This document shows, in pieces, positions 12,665 through 26,976 of a DNA stretch of 64,000 nucleotides. The first letter of the stretch is position 1, and every line of letters begins with the position of its first letter. The notes under the pieces were generated by a model. The model was given only the letters and a program-made list of their open reading frames with translations, made no database searches and was not told where the DNA came from. The position numbers and the translations under genes are program-made. The DNA comes from Auanema rhodensis (Eukaryota; Animalia; Nematoda), in assembly GCA_964057225.1 (NCBI GenBank), contig OZ059896.1, positions 13,392,001 to 13,456,000 of the forward strand. The letters run 5' to 3'.

Positions 12665-14529
12665 TTATCTTTCTGATTCAACATCAGATGTCTCGCCCAA
12701 ATCAGTAACAAGAGTGTTTAACATATCCCGCAAATCAATTGCTTCTTTAGTCTAGAAAAAAATATTAATATTGCACAATGTATGAACTATCACCTTCAAC
12801 TCCAATTCTTGCCTAACAGCCTTTAGCTCAAGTTCAAATTTCTTTACTTTCAACCGTAATCCTTTAGTGTCTTCATCATGTCGCGCTTCACATGCAACTA
12901 CATCTTCGGACGCTCTGTAGAATACAAATAGACAAGAACCAAAAAAATTCACATACTGTTCAAGCTTTCGAGTGGCATCTTCCCTCAAACGGATGAATTT
13001 TTCCAACAATTTTTTGTACTTAGTACGATCTTCATGTAAAACATTCTCTAGTGTGATGTATTCTTTTTTTTGCAAATGAAGAAGATTACGACTCTGAAAA
13101 AACGAAATAACTTGAAAAAATGAAAATGCCGAACTTTTCCGAAACTCTCATATAACTTGGAGTACTCCTGATGTAGTTTATCCAACTCAGCAGCTGCACT
13201 ATCTAGATCTCTATAAAATTATATTATGACGATACGTACTGAAGAAAACTCACAGTCTGAGTTTTCTGGCACCATCGCACATTCCGTTGCAAGGTTTTCC
13301 AGAAACATTTGAACCATTTCCATTTGGGTTAACTTAAGTTAATGCTTGAGAACAAAAGCATATTAGAAGGTACATACCATCAGAAATAATCAATTTCATC
13401 ATTTTTCTCAAATCTTGAGCACATGTTTCATATAAAACGGCATCTCTTGAAGTCTTGGTTTTAGAGGCAGCCTATAAAATGTATTCATAGCAAGTTGCTT
13501 GAACTTGCATATATGAAACATACTTCAAATAATCTGCTATTCATATCATTTTCATATTTTTGAACAATACTTATTAGACGTCTATCAAAATTCGACATCT
13601 CCGGAACTTCCTGGACCTAGAAGTTGAGGATTATGACATATATAGAAGATGATAACTAAACAACCTTGAAATCTGTTAACAATTTCCTAATATCAGTTAC
13701 AAGTTGGCTTTCAACTACCATAGTCTTCTGACGTTCTCTTACCATTGTTCTAGAAATATAGCAATCAACTGATATAAATTAAGTGTACAAACTAACCTAG
13801 TAGTATTCAGAGGAACATTGGGGCTAATTGATTCGCGTGGTTTGATCGGCCGTGTGATTGTTCTTGACCCTTGACTAAAAAGTAACAGAAAAAATTTAGT
13901 TGAAAAAAATCTTAATTACATACATATCACCAAATGCGAGCATTTCGAGACTTTACTTTAGATTTTGAAATAAGACCAGAATAAAAAAAACATGCATTTC
14001 TCATCAACTGGATGTTACATGAGTCTATTAAAAGCAGAATAGCTAATAGGATAGGCAGCATTTCTATTACTTTGGTGTGATCACTTTAACAGATTTCCAA
14101 AAAAACGTCAAAAATCAACAATGTGATGAACCTTTACAATATACTTTCAAATAAGCATAACTAACAACGAGAAATAAAAATACACTGAAGAAAAAAATAT
14201 TATGAAACAACTACATCAGTTTTCTTCAAATGAACATATTTTAAAAATTTGTTTTGTTAAAGAAATAATGAAAAAGTTATTTTCATCCGTGGAATTACTA
14301 TGAAGAATTAGTCTTAATTGAAAAAAATCAAATTTAATGTTTTAGTTTCAGAGCGAGAGCAAGCAGAGATAAGAATTACTCACTTTAAAATTTGGTTCAT
14401 CTTTTCCGTGTTCTCTTCAGAATTGAATGTTTCATTTAATTGATCGGCAGTGTCCATGTCCGAATTTACATGAAATTCGTCTGCATCTTTTACTTCCGGC
14501 CCAATGTTCTCAACGTCAGTATCGATCAT
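12665..14529 (-). CDS. tac-1: TACC-domain protein, tac-1 paralog B
   Basis: ELDKLHQEYSKLYESFGK, HDEDTKGLRLKVKKFELEL, TKEAIDLRDML. The probable first exon ~14384-14529 (MIDTDVEN...LNETF...) with GTGAGT donor is less certain. Confidence 0.82.
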
Positions 14530-15332
14530 TTTAACTAAAAAAAACTTGTTCCTTTTAAGAGTACGATACTTTATTAAGTAGCAGTTTAAGAAAACATTAG
14601 GAAATGAAATTTTTTAAAGTACGAACTAGGCATATGTTTGTAAAACTATTATTTCTAATACATATCTTAGAAATAATAATTTAAATACTATAGAATTCAG
14701 ATATATTTTGAATGAAACTTTGAAAAGACTATTGCCAGAAACCGACCACGTCAAATCACGTATGGGATTTTGGTGCATTACGGTATACAGTGAATATAGT
14801 TGTTTGGTTCGAATAAAAGGCTCGACACAGGTTTGAAAAAAAAATAGATTGTTGTATATAATGGTTTGAAATACTTTTAGCACTAACAAAAATGCGATTT
14901 CAACGTTTTTTCAACTATCAAGTGACTAAAAATTGTTAAAAACATCCAAGATTCAAAATTATTTTCAATTTTGTAAAAAAAAACAAAATAATTAAGAAAA
15001 GAAATAAATTTTATTTGTAAAATACATTGTTTTATAAATACAGGAAATTATTTTTAAATACAATTTTATATTATAACCGTAATCGATTAACCTCGTCAGC
15101 AACCTTTGTAGGAGTTTGGATATCTAAATCATCTTCGATCATAAGTTACAATGACCTTGATGTATTTTTAATAACTATATGGAATTCTCTTAACTGTAAT
15201 ATGTTAATCAGATATAACAAAAATACTTCGAAAAGTCTTTTAAGATCATATATGTATATATATAATTTCATTACATATGACATTAGTCATAGTCAAATGG
15301 TTTTATGCTTAATAAAGGAACTTTCAATATGT

Positions 15333-18177
15333 TCATGAGCTGAGCTCTGCTGGTTGGCTAGTTAAATCTAAATAGTTATAATTTCCTGTAATCTCATTCA
15401 GATATTTTGACAATTCTAATCTTATCTAAAGAAATATTATCTTTTTGGAGCATTTTTTTCTAATATTACCTGACAGACATCAGGACGTTCATCTGGGATT
15501 GTACTCCAACATTTACACATAATTTGATATCTGAAATGTTCTTCTTAAGTTTCTCAACTGTTCAATTATTTATACATTTCATCTGGGCATGTATCCTCTT
15601 TAGGTAATCGGTTGCCTTGTTCTAGGTGATAAAGCATATTGTTTGGGTCGACCGTTGTGAAGGGAGATTGTCCTAATGAGAATATTTCGAATAAAACAAC
15701 TCCATATGCCCATCTGAAATTCTGACATATCTTTCTCGAAGAAATAGTTTGAAACTTACACATCAGTTTTTTCTGAGAATTCATAGAATTGTAATGCTTC
15801 TGGAGCCATCCATTTGACAGGTAGACGTCCTCCTTGCGAGTTGTAAAATACATCCTTTATCGTTCGACACATGCCAAAATCAGCTATCTTTAGAAAAAAA
15901 TTCGTGTGCATATTATGTTTCAAAAATTACTTTAGCTACAAGATTCTGATTAAGTAAAATATTCCTAGCAGCCAAATCCCTATGAATTATATTTTTACTA
16001 GCAAGGTATGTCTGTATATAAAAGTATAATTTCGAAATTACTTTTGACTGTCAAACCATTCCATCGCATATCTGCCAAGCAAATGACAGAAGATTTTTTG
16101 GCTTTATTTTTATTTCATCTGTGCTTATTTCTCCTTCATTATCTGATTCTTCTTCTTCATTGTTCTGTAATAAACATCAATTTAATCATACTTTCTCATG
16201 TTTACATGAACACATTCTAATTGTATTACTAAAAGTTATTCTTTTTGATATGCTTAAAACCGGTTAATATATGAAATAACTCACACAACCTATGTAGCTC
16301 GTTCGATGCCTTCTTAAAAATCTCAGTAGATCACGATGTTGACAGTATTCTAATATCAATAAAGGATCTGTGTCTGAATTAATACATCCCAACATGCTAC
16401 AAGAGGCAAGTTCAAACTTTACTAAACTAAAAAAGATAACCTAATAATATGAGGATGATATCCAAGATTTTTCATGAATTTGATCTCACTCATCAAATCT
16501 AATCGACTTTTTTCTGTTGAGTGCTCAGGTAAACGTTTGACTGCAGCCTTATCAAATATAAACATCAAGTATTCATCTAACTTATTTCTTACCTCATATG
16601 TGCCATCAGGTAGAGAGGGTATTGTCATAGCAATGTTACAATATTTATTTAATAAAGGAACTTTTCCTTAAATAATTCGAAACTATTATGTTTTAAAAAA
16701 TTAAAATTACCTTGAGCGATTATAGCCTTAAAAACAGTGCCAAATGCACCATGACCTAGAATTTCATTTTCTTTCAGTAACACATCAGTCAAACTCATTT
16801 CCCACTCATCTTCTAATTTATGAGGGGATAATTTTGGATCTGTATAATCATTTTTGCTGTGAAATTTGTTCAAACTATTCCTAAATATAATTATTATTTT
16901 AAGAGTTCGATAATTTGTAAACAAATATATTACCCAGAACTTTTTCGAGTCAGAAAATCTAAATATCGCTGCCAGAGAAGCTTCAATTGTGTTCGAAAAA
17001 CGAATACAATAAGTAGAGTTATACTAACGATAATTCCGACGGGTAGAAAAACGAGCATCAATATAGCTTGAAATATATGTTCTAGTGATATTGAATATAA
17101 TTTATTCTTACATTCCGTGGTATTTTGAGTGTTTTGACGAGGACATGTTTCAAACAATTTGCCTTGTAAACTCCATTGATCATAATATGAATGTAGAGCC
17201 ATACGACAATCATCCAATTCAGTACATCGTTTGAATAATTTATTCATACCATTTTCTTCAGAAGTAGCATCTAAGAAGACAACGCAGTTTCTAATCAATT
17301 CTCATATCAATTACCTCCTGATAAAATTAGAAAAGACACAGAATACTTCTTTGCAATAAGTTCTTCAATTAAGCTATTTAACTGTAAAGTGCTACACAGT
17401 ACCATTTGAAGCAATTTGAAAAACTTACAGAATTAGCAAACAACATGTTATCACACATCTGTTCTGTGGTTAAATCTGTAAAAATAAATGCTGCTCCTCC
17501 TTGATCTGATGACAATGGTGTTTGTCCCAAACATATTTTCTAAAATATCTGTTAATGGTTATAATAAATTAGTATTTAAAACCATCTGATTTAATATTTC
17601 ATAAAGCACATATCCAGGAGAGTCAGGATTTATACCATTTATAGTTAAGTTTGAATAGCTCGTAGAATTAATCTGAAGAGACAATATATTAAGTGTAAGG
17701 AGGCCATAATCCTACAGGTATAAATTTTGGGCATTTATTCTCTGCATAAGGGTCGGGCGAATATAATTGAGTGTAGCTATTGCTGTCACAATATGCTGAA
17801 GCCTTTAAACGGTATTTGATAATTAGCTGAACAAAAGTAAATTCAAACCTGTTCCATAAATGAAATAATATTGCGCGTATTTTCTACACTAATACGTTTA
17901 TCAGTATTCCCCAAGTAGATACCAACAGCTATTCTCCAGTTCATGCACTGTCGTTGACCGATTCCTACTCAAAATAAATAACAGTCAGTCGTTTTTTTGA
18001 ATTTTAAGTTACATTTACACCTTAAAGCCTTCATATTATTTGGGCTAACATCAGAATTATTCTTGTTTGCACAAAAATTAGCGGCAAAAATCTTAAATTC
18101 TCATTGAAAAGCTGTATAAAGAGTATAAAAACCTGAGGAAAGATAAAAAATAGCATAAACTGGAAACTGAACTGCAT
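15333..18177 (-). CDS. Receptor tyrosine kinase with an unassigned, possibly vWA-like, ectodomain
   Basis: Signal MQFSFQFMLFFIFP; TM ILMLVFLPVGIIVSITLLIVFVF; [49 protein letters not shown]...PDERP. Confidence 0.9.
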
Positions 18178-19098
18178 TTCCGTACAATACTAGCAGTTAG
18201 GAAAAGAATAAGTAATTAGCTCAGTAATTAAGATCAACTATAAAAAAATGTAATGTTAAGAAGACCTGAAGATTTTACTGATAGTTTGGCAAGATATAAT
18301 TTCTTATCAGGTGTCACTAAGAAGTTGTCAAACAATTCAACTTAGCGGATTATAGCACAATGAAATCATGCATTAACTGCTTAAATAGAATATGACTCAA
18401 TACTAAAAGTCACAAAAATATTCAAGGGTAACATGTAAGTATTCAGATCGAAAACATACTAAAAAATCAAAACATGGAGATATACTCTATATAGTCTATG
18501 TTCGATGCTGTATATAATTCGTAAATAAAACTAATAGTTATAGTGTTTCAAGAAAAATTATAATTTTTTGTTGAGTAAAAGAAAATAACAGCTTTGACAG
18601 TAATGGCATTCTTAATTTACTTTTCAAAAATGTTAATGTTTATCAGTGACTGATATGTGTATACATACATTTAATAAAAATCTCTAAATTAAAATTATTT
18701 ATCATTCCTGATTTTGTTATATCGTTCTGTTCCATATGTTAAATCAATTACCCTCAACATATAGATTTGCTTATTTAATTAATGAAATTAGTTCTCTTTT
18801 TGGCATGGTTTAAGGTATTGCGCTCCATTGCGAATGTAGCAGACACAGGAAATCTTTCAAAATCGAAAGAGAGCTATCAAGATATACTTTATCGTCTTAA
18901 TAGTGCTACATATTTGGTTTTTAAAGTTTATTTATTAAGAAAATTAATTATTACTTATTTAACTAGATTAATTACTTTTATTATATAAGTTTTGCATAAA
19001 TATATCTATATGTAATAATTGGCTTTATTAATGTTTGACATGTTTGTGTTTCCTTTTTTTCTGGACACCAATTTCCATTTTATTTCACTATTTTTAGT

Positions 19099-22000
19099 AT
19101 GGTTCGAAGGATCGACTCGGTTTCTCCTCAGAAAAACTTAAGAAGATCAGGAAGAGACCGATCCGCAATATATCGCAGTTTAGAAGAAAATAATATTGCT
19201 AACAATATATTTCGAGCAGAAATACAGAAATTAGTCGGCCGTGCTAATGAACTGCGAGAAAGAGTTAGAATTTCTATATTTTATGTCATCTTATTGGTCA
19301 CTATAGGAACTTAACGCTCATACAAGAACTGGGTATACAAGAGCAGGAAGAAAAATATCACATTATGCTGAACTTAGTGATGAAGATGATTTCGGCTTGA
19401 GTGAAGACGAAGATCGTATAATCACTAGAAGAGCAAGGCGGTGGGCATACAACTATGAATTTTTCAATTAATTAAGCTTTCTAGTTTATCTCGAAATGAT
19501 AACAATCAAATAAGTGAAGTAAATGATGAAAATGTCCGAACCTCAGAAAAGAGAAATCCCAAAAGGAGAAAGATAGAAGATGAAGGAGAAGAGGTGAAAA
19601 TATTTTCCTTGTTTGACTTTTAATTTTCAAATTTCAGCCCGAAATGGATAGTCAAGTCAGTAATGATTCAACCATATATGATCGAGTAAAACGTAATAGG
19701 TACTTTTCTTTGCTTAGAATTCTCAGTATTTTTTGAGTTTTAGAGCAACTGAAACCCCAAATGCTACCAATACTCCTAAGTCTACATGTGGTAATGAAGG
19801 TAAAACCGATTTAGCTTCACCTCGTTCCCAACGACACGAGAGACGTGAAAAGCGTGAGTTAAATGAATCTGTTTTGAAAGAAGGGGTGGATGAACCTGAA
19901 AAAAACCAGAGTGTTGAAGAAGAAGAGAGTAGCGAGGTTTGAAAACAGTATGTTTCTATTTCGTCTATTATTTTGATATAGGATGAAGGACCCAGACAAT
20001 ACTCTCTTAGAACACGAAGAAATCCAGTAGAGAGATATGCCGTCGAGGTTGCTCGATCTGAACAGAGAAGTTCCCGCTATAGAATTGACCGTTTCCGTAT
20101 ACGAGAAAGAAACCATCGTCAATCAAAAATGAGAAGCGATTATAAGTATGTTGGTTTTATTTTTTCAAATTTATTTTGTTTCATTATAGAAGAAGAATGT
20201 GTAGAAGCGATTCATCTTCTACGGGTGATGAAGATGAAAGGGAGCTAAGACAGTCCCGCGCTGATGATGAACGCTTTGCACGAAGAAAAGAAATAAGCAT
20301 GATGAAAGCTCGTAATCGTTTCGTACCTGTTAATTTAACAGGTAAAACTGGTTTATAGGATTTTTTTTATTTCCCTTTTTTAGAAAAAGATTTATCTGCC
20401 TCGCAAGTAGTTATACGAGAAAGATTAAGGCAAACGGGAGCTTCTTGTAGTGATATTGACCCTATGGGAATTGACAAAAACGTTTCTTTTGACCAAGTAA
20501 GTAATCGCAGTTTTTATATATCATTTGTTTATAAATTCAGGTTGGAGGCTTAGGGCATCATATACAATCGCTGAAAGAAGTCGTTCTATTTCCATTACTT
20601 TATCCCGATGTATTCAAAAAATTTGATATAGCGCCACCAAAAGGTGTTATCTTTTATGGTCCTCCAGGTATTTAATATATTTGTATGCTGTTAGATTCCA
20701 AGATATTTCAGGAACGGGTAAAACACTAGTGGCCAGAGCACTCGCTAATGAATGTAGCCGAGGCGACAAAAAGGTAAATCAAAAGATATTATATCGTTGA
20801 AATATTATATTATAGGTAGCCTTTTTCATGCGAAAAGGAGCTGATTGCTTAAGTAAATGGGTGGGCGAATCTGAAAGACAATTGAGGTATTTTCTTTTCT
20901 ATTTTTTTATTATAAAAGCTTATTCAGAGTTTTATTTGATCAAGCATATTCAATGAGGCCATCGATTATATTCTTTGACGAGATTGACGGTTTAGCTCCT
21001 GTTCGATCCTCTCGCCAAGATCAGATTCATGCTAGTATTGTAAGCACTCTATTAGCTTTAATGGATGGGCTGGATAGCAGAGGAGAGGTATATTTATATT
21101 TTGAACCTATTCTGACATGGTTGTATAGGTTGTTGTTATTGGAGCTACTAATCGGTTGGATACACTGGATCCAGCTCTACGCCGGCCTGGCCGCTTTGAT
21201 AGAGAGTTGAAATTCTCTCTACCGGATGTTTCTGCCAGGTTTTTTCTGTTTTTTGTTTTCACTTGTCATTGAAATATCATTTAGACGACATATTCTTGAT
21301 ATACATACTTCTAAATGGGGAAATAATAAACCTTCTGAAGATCTCATCAATTTTATTGCTTATAATACCAGTGGATATTGTGGTGCTGACTTAAAAGTTT
21401 GATTTTTTCGAAACTTTAAAACTTATCGTATTTTTAGTATTTATGTACTGAATCTGTTCTGATATCCTTGCGAAACCGCTATCCTCATATTTATATGTCT
21501 AGTGAAAGATTAAAACTAGATGTTGATACTATAATGGTGGAAAAGGAGCACATACTTAATGCAATGAAAAGAATAACACCTGCTTCTAGAAGAGGTATAT
21601 TTTATCTTTGAATTTCTTTAAATTTACTTCGATTACTAGATCTTTCAATCCCTTCACGAGCTGTGGATGAGAGAACTTCTATACTCTTATCCTCTAATTT
21701 GGATATACTTCTTAGTTCAATTATTCCTAAGGGATATCAGAGATCGCAATCAATAAATGCTATAAGCACTAACGAGTTGGAGAAAGTTGTTCGAGCTCTC
21801 GAAGAACCCCCCGTTGTTCCTGCAGGTATTTTCAATTTCATGGATTTCATACCCTTAAGTTGTTGAATAGTGAGACTCTTGATGTGTGGTTCGGAATTAT
21901 ATGCAAATGTCGGTCAAACATCTCATATTCTCCCTGCTTTAATTGGAAAGTTGGACCATCTGCCTGTATATTCTTTATCTGTTGGCAAACTGTTTCAGGA

Positions 22001-24017
22001 TGGCCGTCCAGAGGTAAATTAAAACCAAGAATAACGTTACGTTTTGTGTTCAGGAGTCTTTCACCAATACTATTCAATCTGTATTAAGAGCAGCTAGTTC
22101 CGGTCCATGTATACTATTGCTTCCATGTATGGATCAATGGTACAGTGTCGTGCCTCTTAGCGTTTCACATATGGTGCATTTAAATTTTTTATTTTAAAAT
22201 CTAGAATTTTTTTTTAAATTTTACACTACTATATTTAAGCTTAAAAGCGCTATCGACCAACTTAATGGTTTCTCTGGTGTTATGTTTTTGGCTACAACTG
22301 AATCTGCTTATGTCGAGTGTTCACTTGAAATTCGCTCACTTTTCAAAGTTAACAACTGTTTTGAGTATGTTTAAGCATAGTATTTTGGACTATTTTCAAT
22401 TTGTTTAAGAGTGGAAAGCCCATCAGATCAAGTGCGGCAGAAATATTTTGAATTTCTTCTGAGAGGAGTATACGATAAACCTAAAGAGTTTGATGGTATA
22501 TCCAATAAGAAAGCTAGTTTCAGTTTATACCTTGTTATAGCTTCTAATTATGTGGAGCCAGAAAAAGAAACAGCAGCAAATGGCCCTGTGAGAAAATTAA
22601 CGGAAAGGGAAGCAAAAGAGCTCGAAAAGCAATATACCAACCAACTGAGAGAATTCCGCATTTTCCTTCGTGATCAACTTGGTATTATGAACAATAGTAA
22701 CACTCACTCAATAACATTATATAGGACGTCTTGTCCGAGATAGAAGATTCACTATGTTTGCTGAGCCAGTAGATGCCGAGGAAGCTGAAGACTACTACAC
22801 GATTATACAAAATCCCATGTGCTTAACTGATATGATGGAGAAAACTGACAAGTGATGCAACTATATTTTAATATTTTGAACGTTTTATTTACAGACGCGA
22901 GTACACTCACCCAGATCAATTCTTAGCTGATATAAACTTGATTGTCACGAACGCATTAGAATATAATCCATCTGATAACTTGTATGGAAAGACTATACGT
23001 CATAGTGCCGTTGCTTTACGTGATATAGTAGAGGAATATTTTGAAAAAGAATTCGACGAAGATTTTGTTGAAAAGTTAGAAGAAACATCTCGACTTTTAA
23101 AAGAAGCTAAACTAACCCCTGCCAATGATAAACTTTTGGACCTTCCAAATGGGTATGTGCGACAGACCAAATGGAATGTGGTCCACTGCTTCAAAAGTGT
23201 GAAGAACGGCATAATACCTAAAGCAAACGGGATTGCTGCTCCAACTGAAAACAAAACTATACCGGTTTGTATGAGTATTAAATTGTTTAGACTTTCTTTG
23301 TTTCAGATGCGACGCAAACTTGTGGGACTAAGAAAATTCAGACGTTCGGGAAGTTACAAGTTTCCTTCAACGCAAAAGAAAAGAAAGTCTGCTGCTATTG
23401 TTAAATCCATTGCACAATCGTTGTCTCAGTATGTAATCCGTAATTGATTTTAAAACCAATATTGTTTTAGTTCAACTGAAGCAGTTGATGAAGCCGATTC
23501 CACGATAGGGACTAAAGAAGAGCCAAATGATATGGATATCACTACTGAAAACATTGAAGAAAATAAATTAATCGATCAAGAAGAAGTTGAAGAAGCTGTT
23601 GAGAGTTCTGAAGATGTATCAAACGTGGTTGATGCTACTAGTATTGAATCGATGGAGACTATTTCTGTTGATGTGCCTACTAATATGCCTGCTCCGAAGA
23701 TAGAACCGATCAGAAAAGAACTGAGGATTGATACCGAATACATGAAAACAGTTATTTCAGAGGTTTTTAAAGCTTAATTATAATCACAAAAAATAGAAAA
23801 ATTAAAACATGTATTTATAGGCTGTAGAAAAAACTAAAACTTGGCCAATACCAGAGCTTGATCGATTATCTGCGGATATCACTCAAATTATATACTCATA
23901 TAAGTAGGAGCCTTAAATGAAACGAAATTTTTAAAAGTTGCTATTTTAAGAGATCAGTGGGATCGCAGCACATTACCGTGCAAACTACAAGAACTAATAA
24001 CTAATTGGACCCTGTAA
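19099..24017 (+). CDS. lex-1: ATAD2-family AAA+ ATPase/bromodomain protein
   Basis: [73 protein letters not shown]; bromodomain FAEPVD...DYY..I.NPM...NALEYNP. Confidence 0.96.
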
Positions 24018-24272
24018 TTTATTCTTAAATTATTATTTTATATTTCATATTTCCTACATGCTTAATAATATGTACATTACCGTAGTTATCTAATTGATCT
24101 CGGGTTGTTTAACCAGTGTTGTTTTAACAATATTTTAACATTTGTAAAGTCTTAATATAATTTTGAAGGATGAATATATAAAATTCCTTTATTTCTGCTT
24201 CATATATATTTACTGTTGTCACAGCTACTCTACTTCATGACAGTGTTTTTCTTTTTTCTCAATTTTTTATAG

Positions 24273-25217
24273 ATGGACTTCCAAAATCGAGCTGGAGGAA
24301 AAACAGGAGGAGGAGGTGTCGCATCCTCTTCTGATGCCGGAGTTGATAGAAAGGAACGTCTCAGGTAAATTTTATTTGAACTATTGTTGGAAATATATGT
24401 TTTTAGACAATTAGCTTTGGAAACTATTGATCTGGCTAAGGACCCCTATTTTATGAGAAATCATATTGGCACATACGAATGCAAACTTTGTCTAACCCTC
24501 CACAATAATGAAGGTTTTTTTAATATTAGCTAAACCCATTTTCAAACTTTTTTACAGCTTCCTATCTCACTCATACACAGGGAAAAAAACATCAGTCTAA
24601 TTTGGCTAGAAGAGCTGCTAAAGAGCAACAAGAATTGCCTTACCTTCCAACTCCTGCTGTACCCAAAGTTGAACTTAAGAAATTCGTTAAGATTGGTAGA
24701 CCTGGATATAAGGTTGTCTAATTGCTCACGAGATGTCCTATTTTGAGTTTCAGGTCACAAGGGAACGTGATCCTGCCACCGGACAACAGGCTTTACTGTT
24801 TCAAATTGATTATCCTGAGGTAGCTGAAGGTGTAATTCCGCGGCATCGTTTTATGTCTGCTTATGAGCAAAAGATCCAACCGCCTGATAAGAGGTTTTAT
24901 TTCATTTTGTTTTGTTTATATAGTTATTTTCTACAGATGGCAATATCTTTTATTTGCCGCCGAACCTTATGAAACTATTGCATTCAAAATTCCCTCAAGG
25001 GAGGTGGATAAATCTGATAAATTTTGGTATATGTGGAATAAGGACAGCAAGCAGTTTTTCTTACAAGTATTAGTTCGTACTTCTCGATAATAATAAGATT
25101 TTCTTTATTAAGGTTGCATTCCGAGTTGATTCTCGAGTTAATGAAGATATTCCTCACATGGCTCCACCTATGATAAGTCAGCCAATGACATCAGCTCCAC
25201 TGTATGGGCTATATTGA
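24273..25217 (+). CDS. repo-1: Splicing factor SF3A2 (SF3a66)
   Basis: MDFQNRAGGKTGGGG, LALETIDLAKDPYFMRNHIGTYECKLCLTLH, KIGRPGYKVT, QYLLFAAEPYETIAFK. Confidence 0.97.
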
Positions 25218-25383
25218 TCTTGTTGTTACTCGTTTAACCAATTCTGTTTATTTAATGAACTTTCGATCTTTATTAACATTGATAGAATGATATTCCTATC
25301 ACGGTTTTTTTCCTTTTATCTTCCCTATGAATTTATTTCGAATTTTAAATTTAATTCAGACTGTTGTGCACTCTTGAAAAAAT

Positions 25384-26976
25384 ATGAAACGTAATGCGAA
25401 GCATGATAAATTAATTGACTCTCCAGCTACGGATGAAGGTTCGAAGTCGAAGAAAAAGAAAATTCAGAAACCGGCCAAGCCAATTAAAGAAGTAGAGCAA
25501 AATGTAGAAACTGCACCTGGTTAGTTTGCTTTGTTGTGATTTTTTTCTATGGATAAATTATTCAGAAGTTTATAAGCCTGGTATGCTTTCTTCAATTTTC
25601 GGAAAAACCAGTACTGTGGATGAAATTGGTAAATGTGTTTTTTGATCATAATTTATCATTAAGTAGTTTCAGCACCAGAAGTTTTGAAGGGAGATACAGT
25701 TATACAGGTTAAAAAGAAGAAAGTAATTTCAAAACCTAAAATGCGTGTGAATGTCAGTGAAGTCGACGAATCCGCTAATTCTGCTGAGATTGATTCAGAA
25801 AATAGTAATGATACAGAAAACAAAACTTTTCCAAAAAAAAGTTTAGATCGTAGAGTTCAGAGGTTGTGGTTTTAATTTTTTGAAATATATCTTAGCTTTC
25901 AATTTAGAGCTAACAGAGATTTGAAAAAAGGTGGCAAAGGAAATGTTGAAGAAATGAAACGTACTATTTTTGTTGGAAATGCACCAGTCGAATACACCGT
26001 CAAAGACATTAAAAAAGTTTTTAGAGATTGTGGTGACGTCAGTGTATGTCTCAAATATCATGTGTTAATTTTTTTTTCAGATTGAATCAATCCGTATAAG
26101 AGGAATTGTACCGCCTAAGGAAACCTTGAGCAAGCGAATTTGCAATTCTCGCCGTAAATTCCATTGGAATCAGAATTCTGTGATATTCTATGTAAAGTTC
26201 AAAGAAGAGGCTTCAGCCATCAAAGCAATAGAATAGTTAGTCTACTATATTAATTATTATGAAAATAAAATAATTTTAGCAATGGAAAAGAGATAGACGG
26301 TCACAAGATCAGAGTTTCTATTGCAAGCAAGAAGAAAGACTATGATAGAAATACTACCATTTATATAGGTAAATTTTTTTATAATTGAGAAGATCTTCAA
26401 TTTTTTCAGGAAATTTACCTTTTACTGCTCAAGAAGATGCTATTGCCGCTTTGTTCGAAGAACATGTCGGCCCTGTAACATTTGTTCGTTGTACAAGAGA
26501 TAACGGCACTGGCATGGGAAAAGGTTTTGGATTTGTTAGCTTCAAGGTTGTTTTTTAAAGAAAAGAAATTCGTGTGATAAAATATTACAGGAGACGTCAT
26601 CGGTTGACTTAGCGTTGGAGTTAACAAATTTGGAGTACGAGGGAAGAACTATAAGAATTACGAAATTAATGAAGAAGCAGCAAATTGAAGTAATATTTTT
26701 TTGTTTAATTAATCTTCATTCAATCATTAGAAAGCCGCTGCTGGATTGAAGAAGTACGCTGGTGTTCAGAAAAAAACACAACCATCCAAGATAGATAATT
26801 TCAAGTTCTCCACTAAGGAAAAGAAACCAAGGTATTTCATATTGCTCAATCTCAAGTTTAAAAAATTTGAATTCAGAACCGAAGAGCAAACAGAGAGAAG
26901 AAAACTAAAGAAGACTGCGAGAAAGGCGATAAATCGCAAACAACAACAAAAGAAAGGCAAAAGTCTTATGAACTAA
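25384..26976 (+). CDS. rbm-34: RBM34/Nop12-like two-RRM nucleolar protein
   Basis: Lys-rich N-terminus; RTIFVGNAP, CGDIESIRIR, YVKFKEE, TIYIGNLPF, RDNGTGMGKGFGFVSF; basic tail. Confidence 0.88.

Noticed and set aside
18818-18831. TTGCGCTCCATTG upstream of lex-1, resembling a Caenorhabditis germline promoter motif
   Set aside because: Single half-motif; I cannot confirm the consensus or a partner motif.
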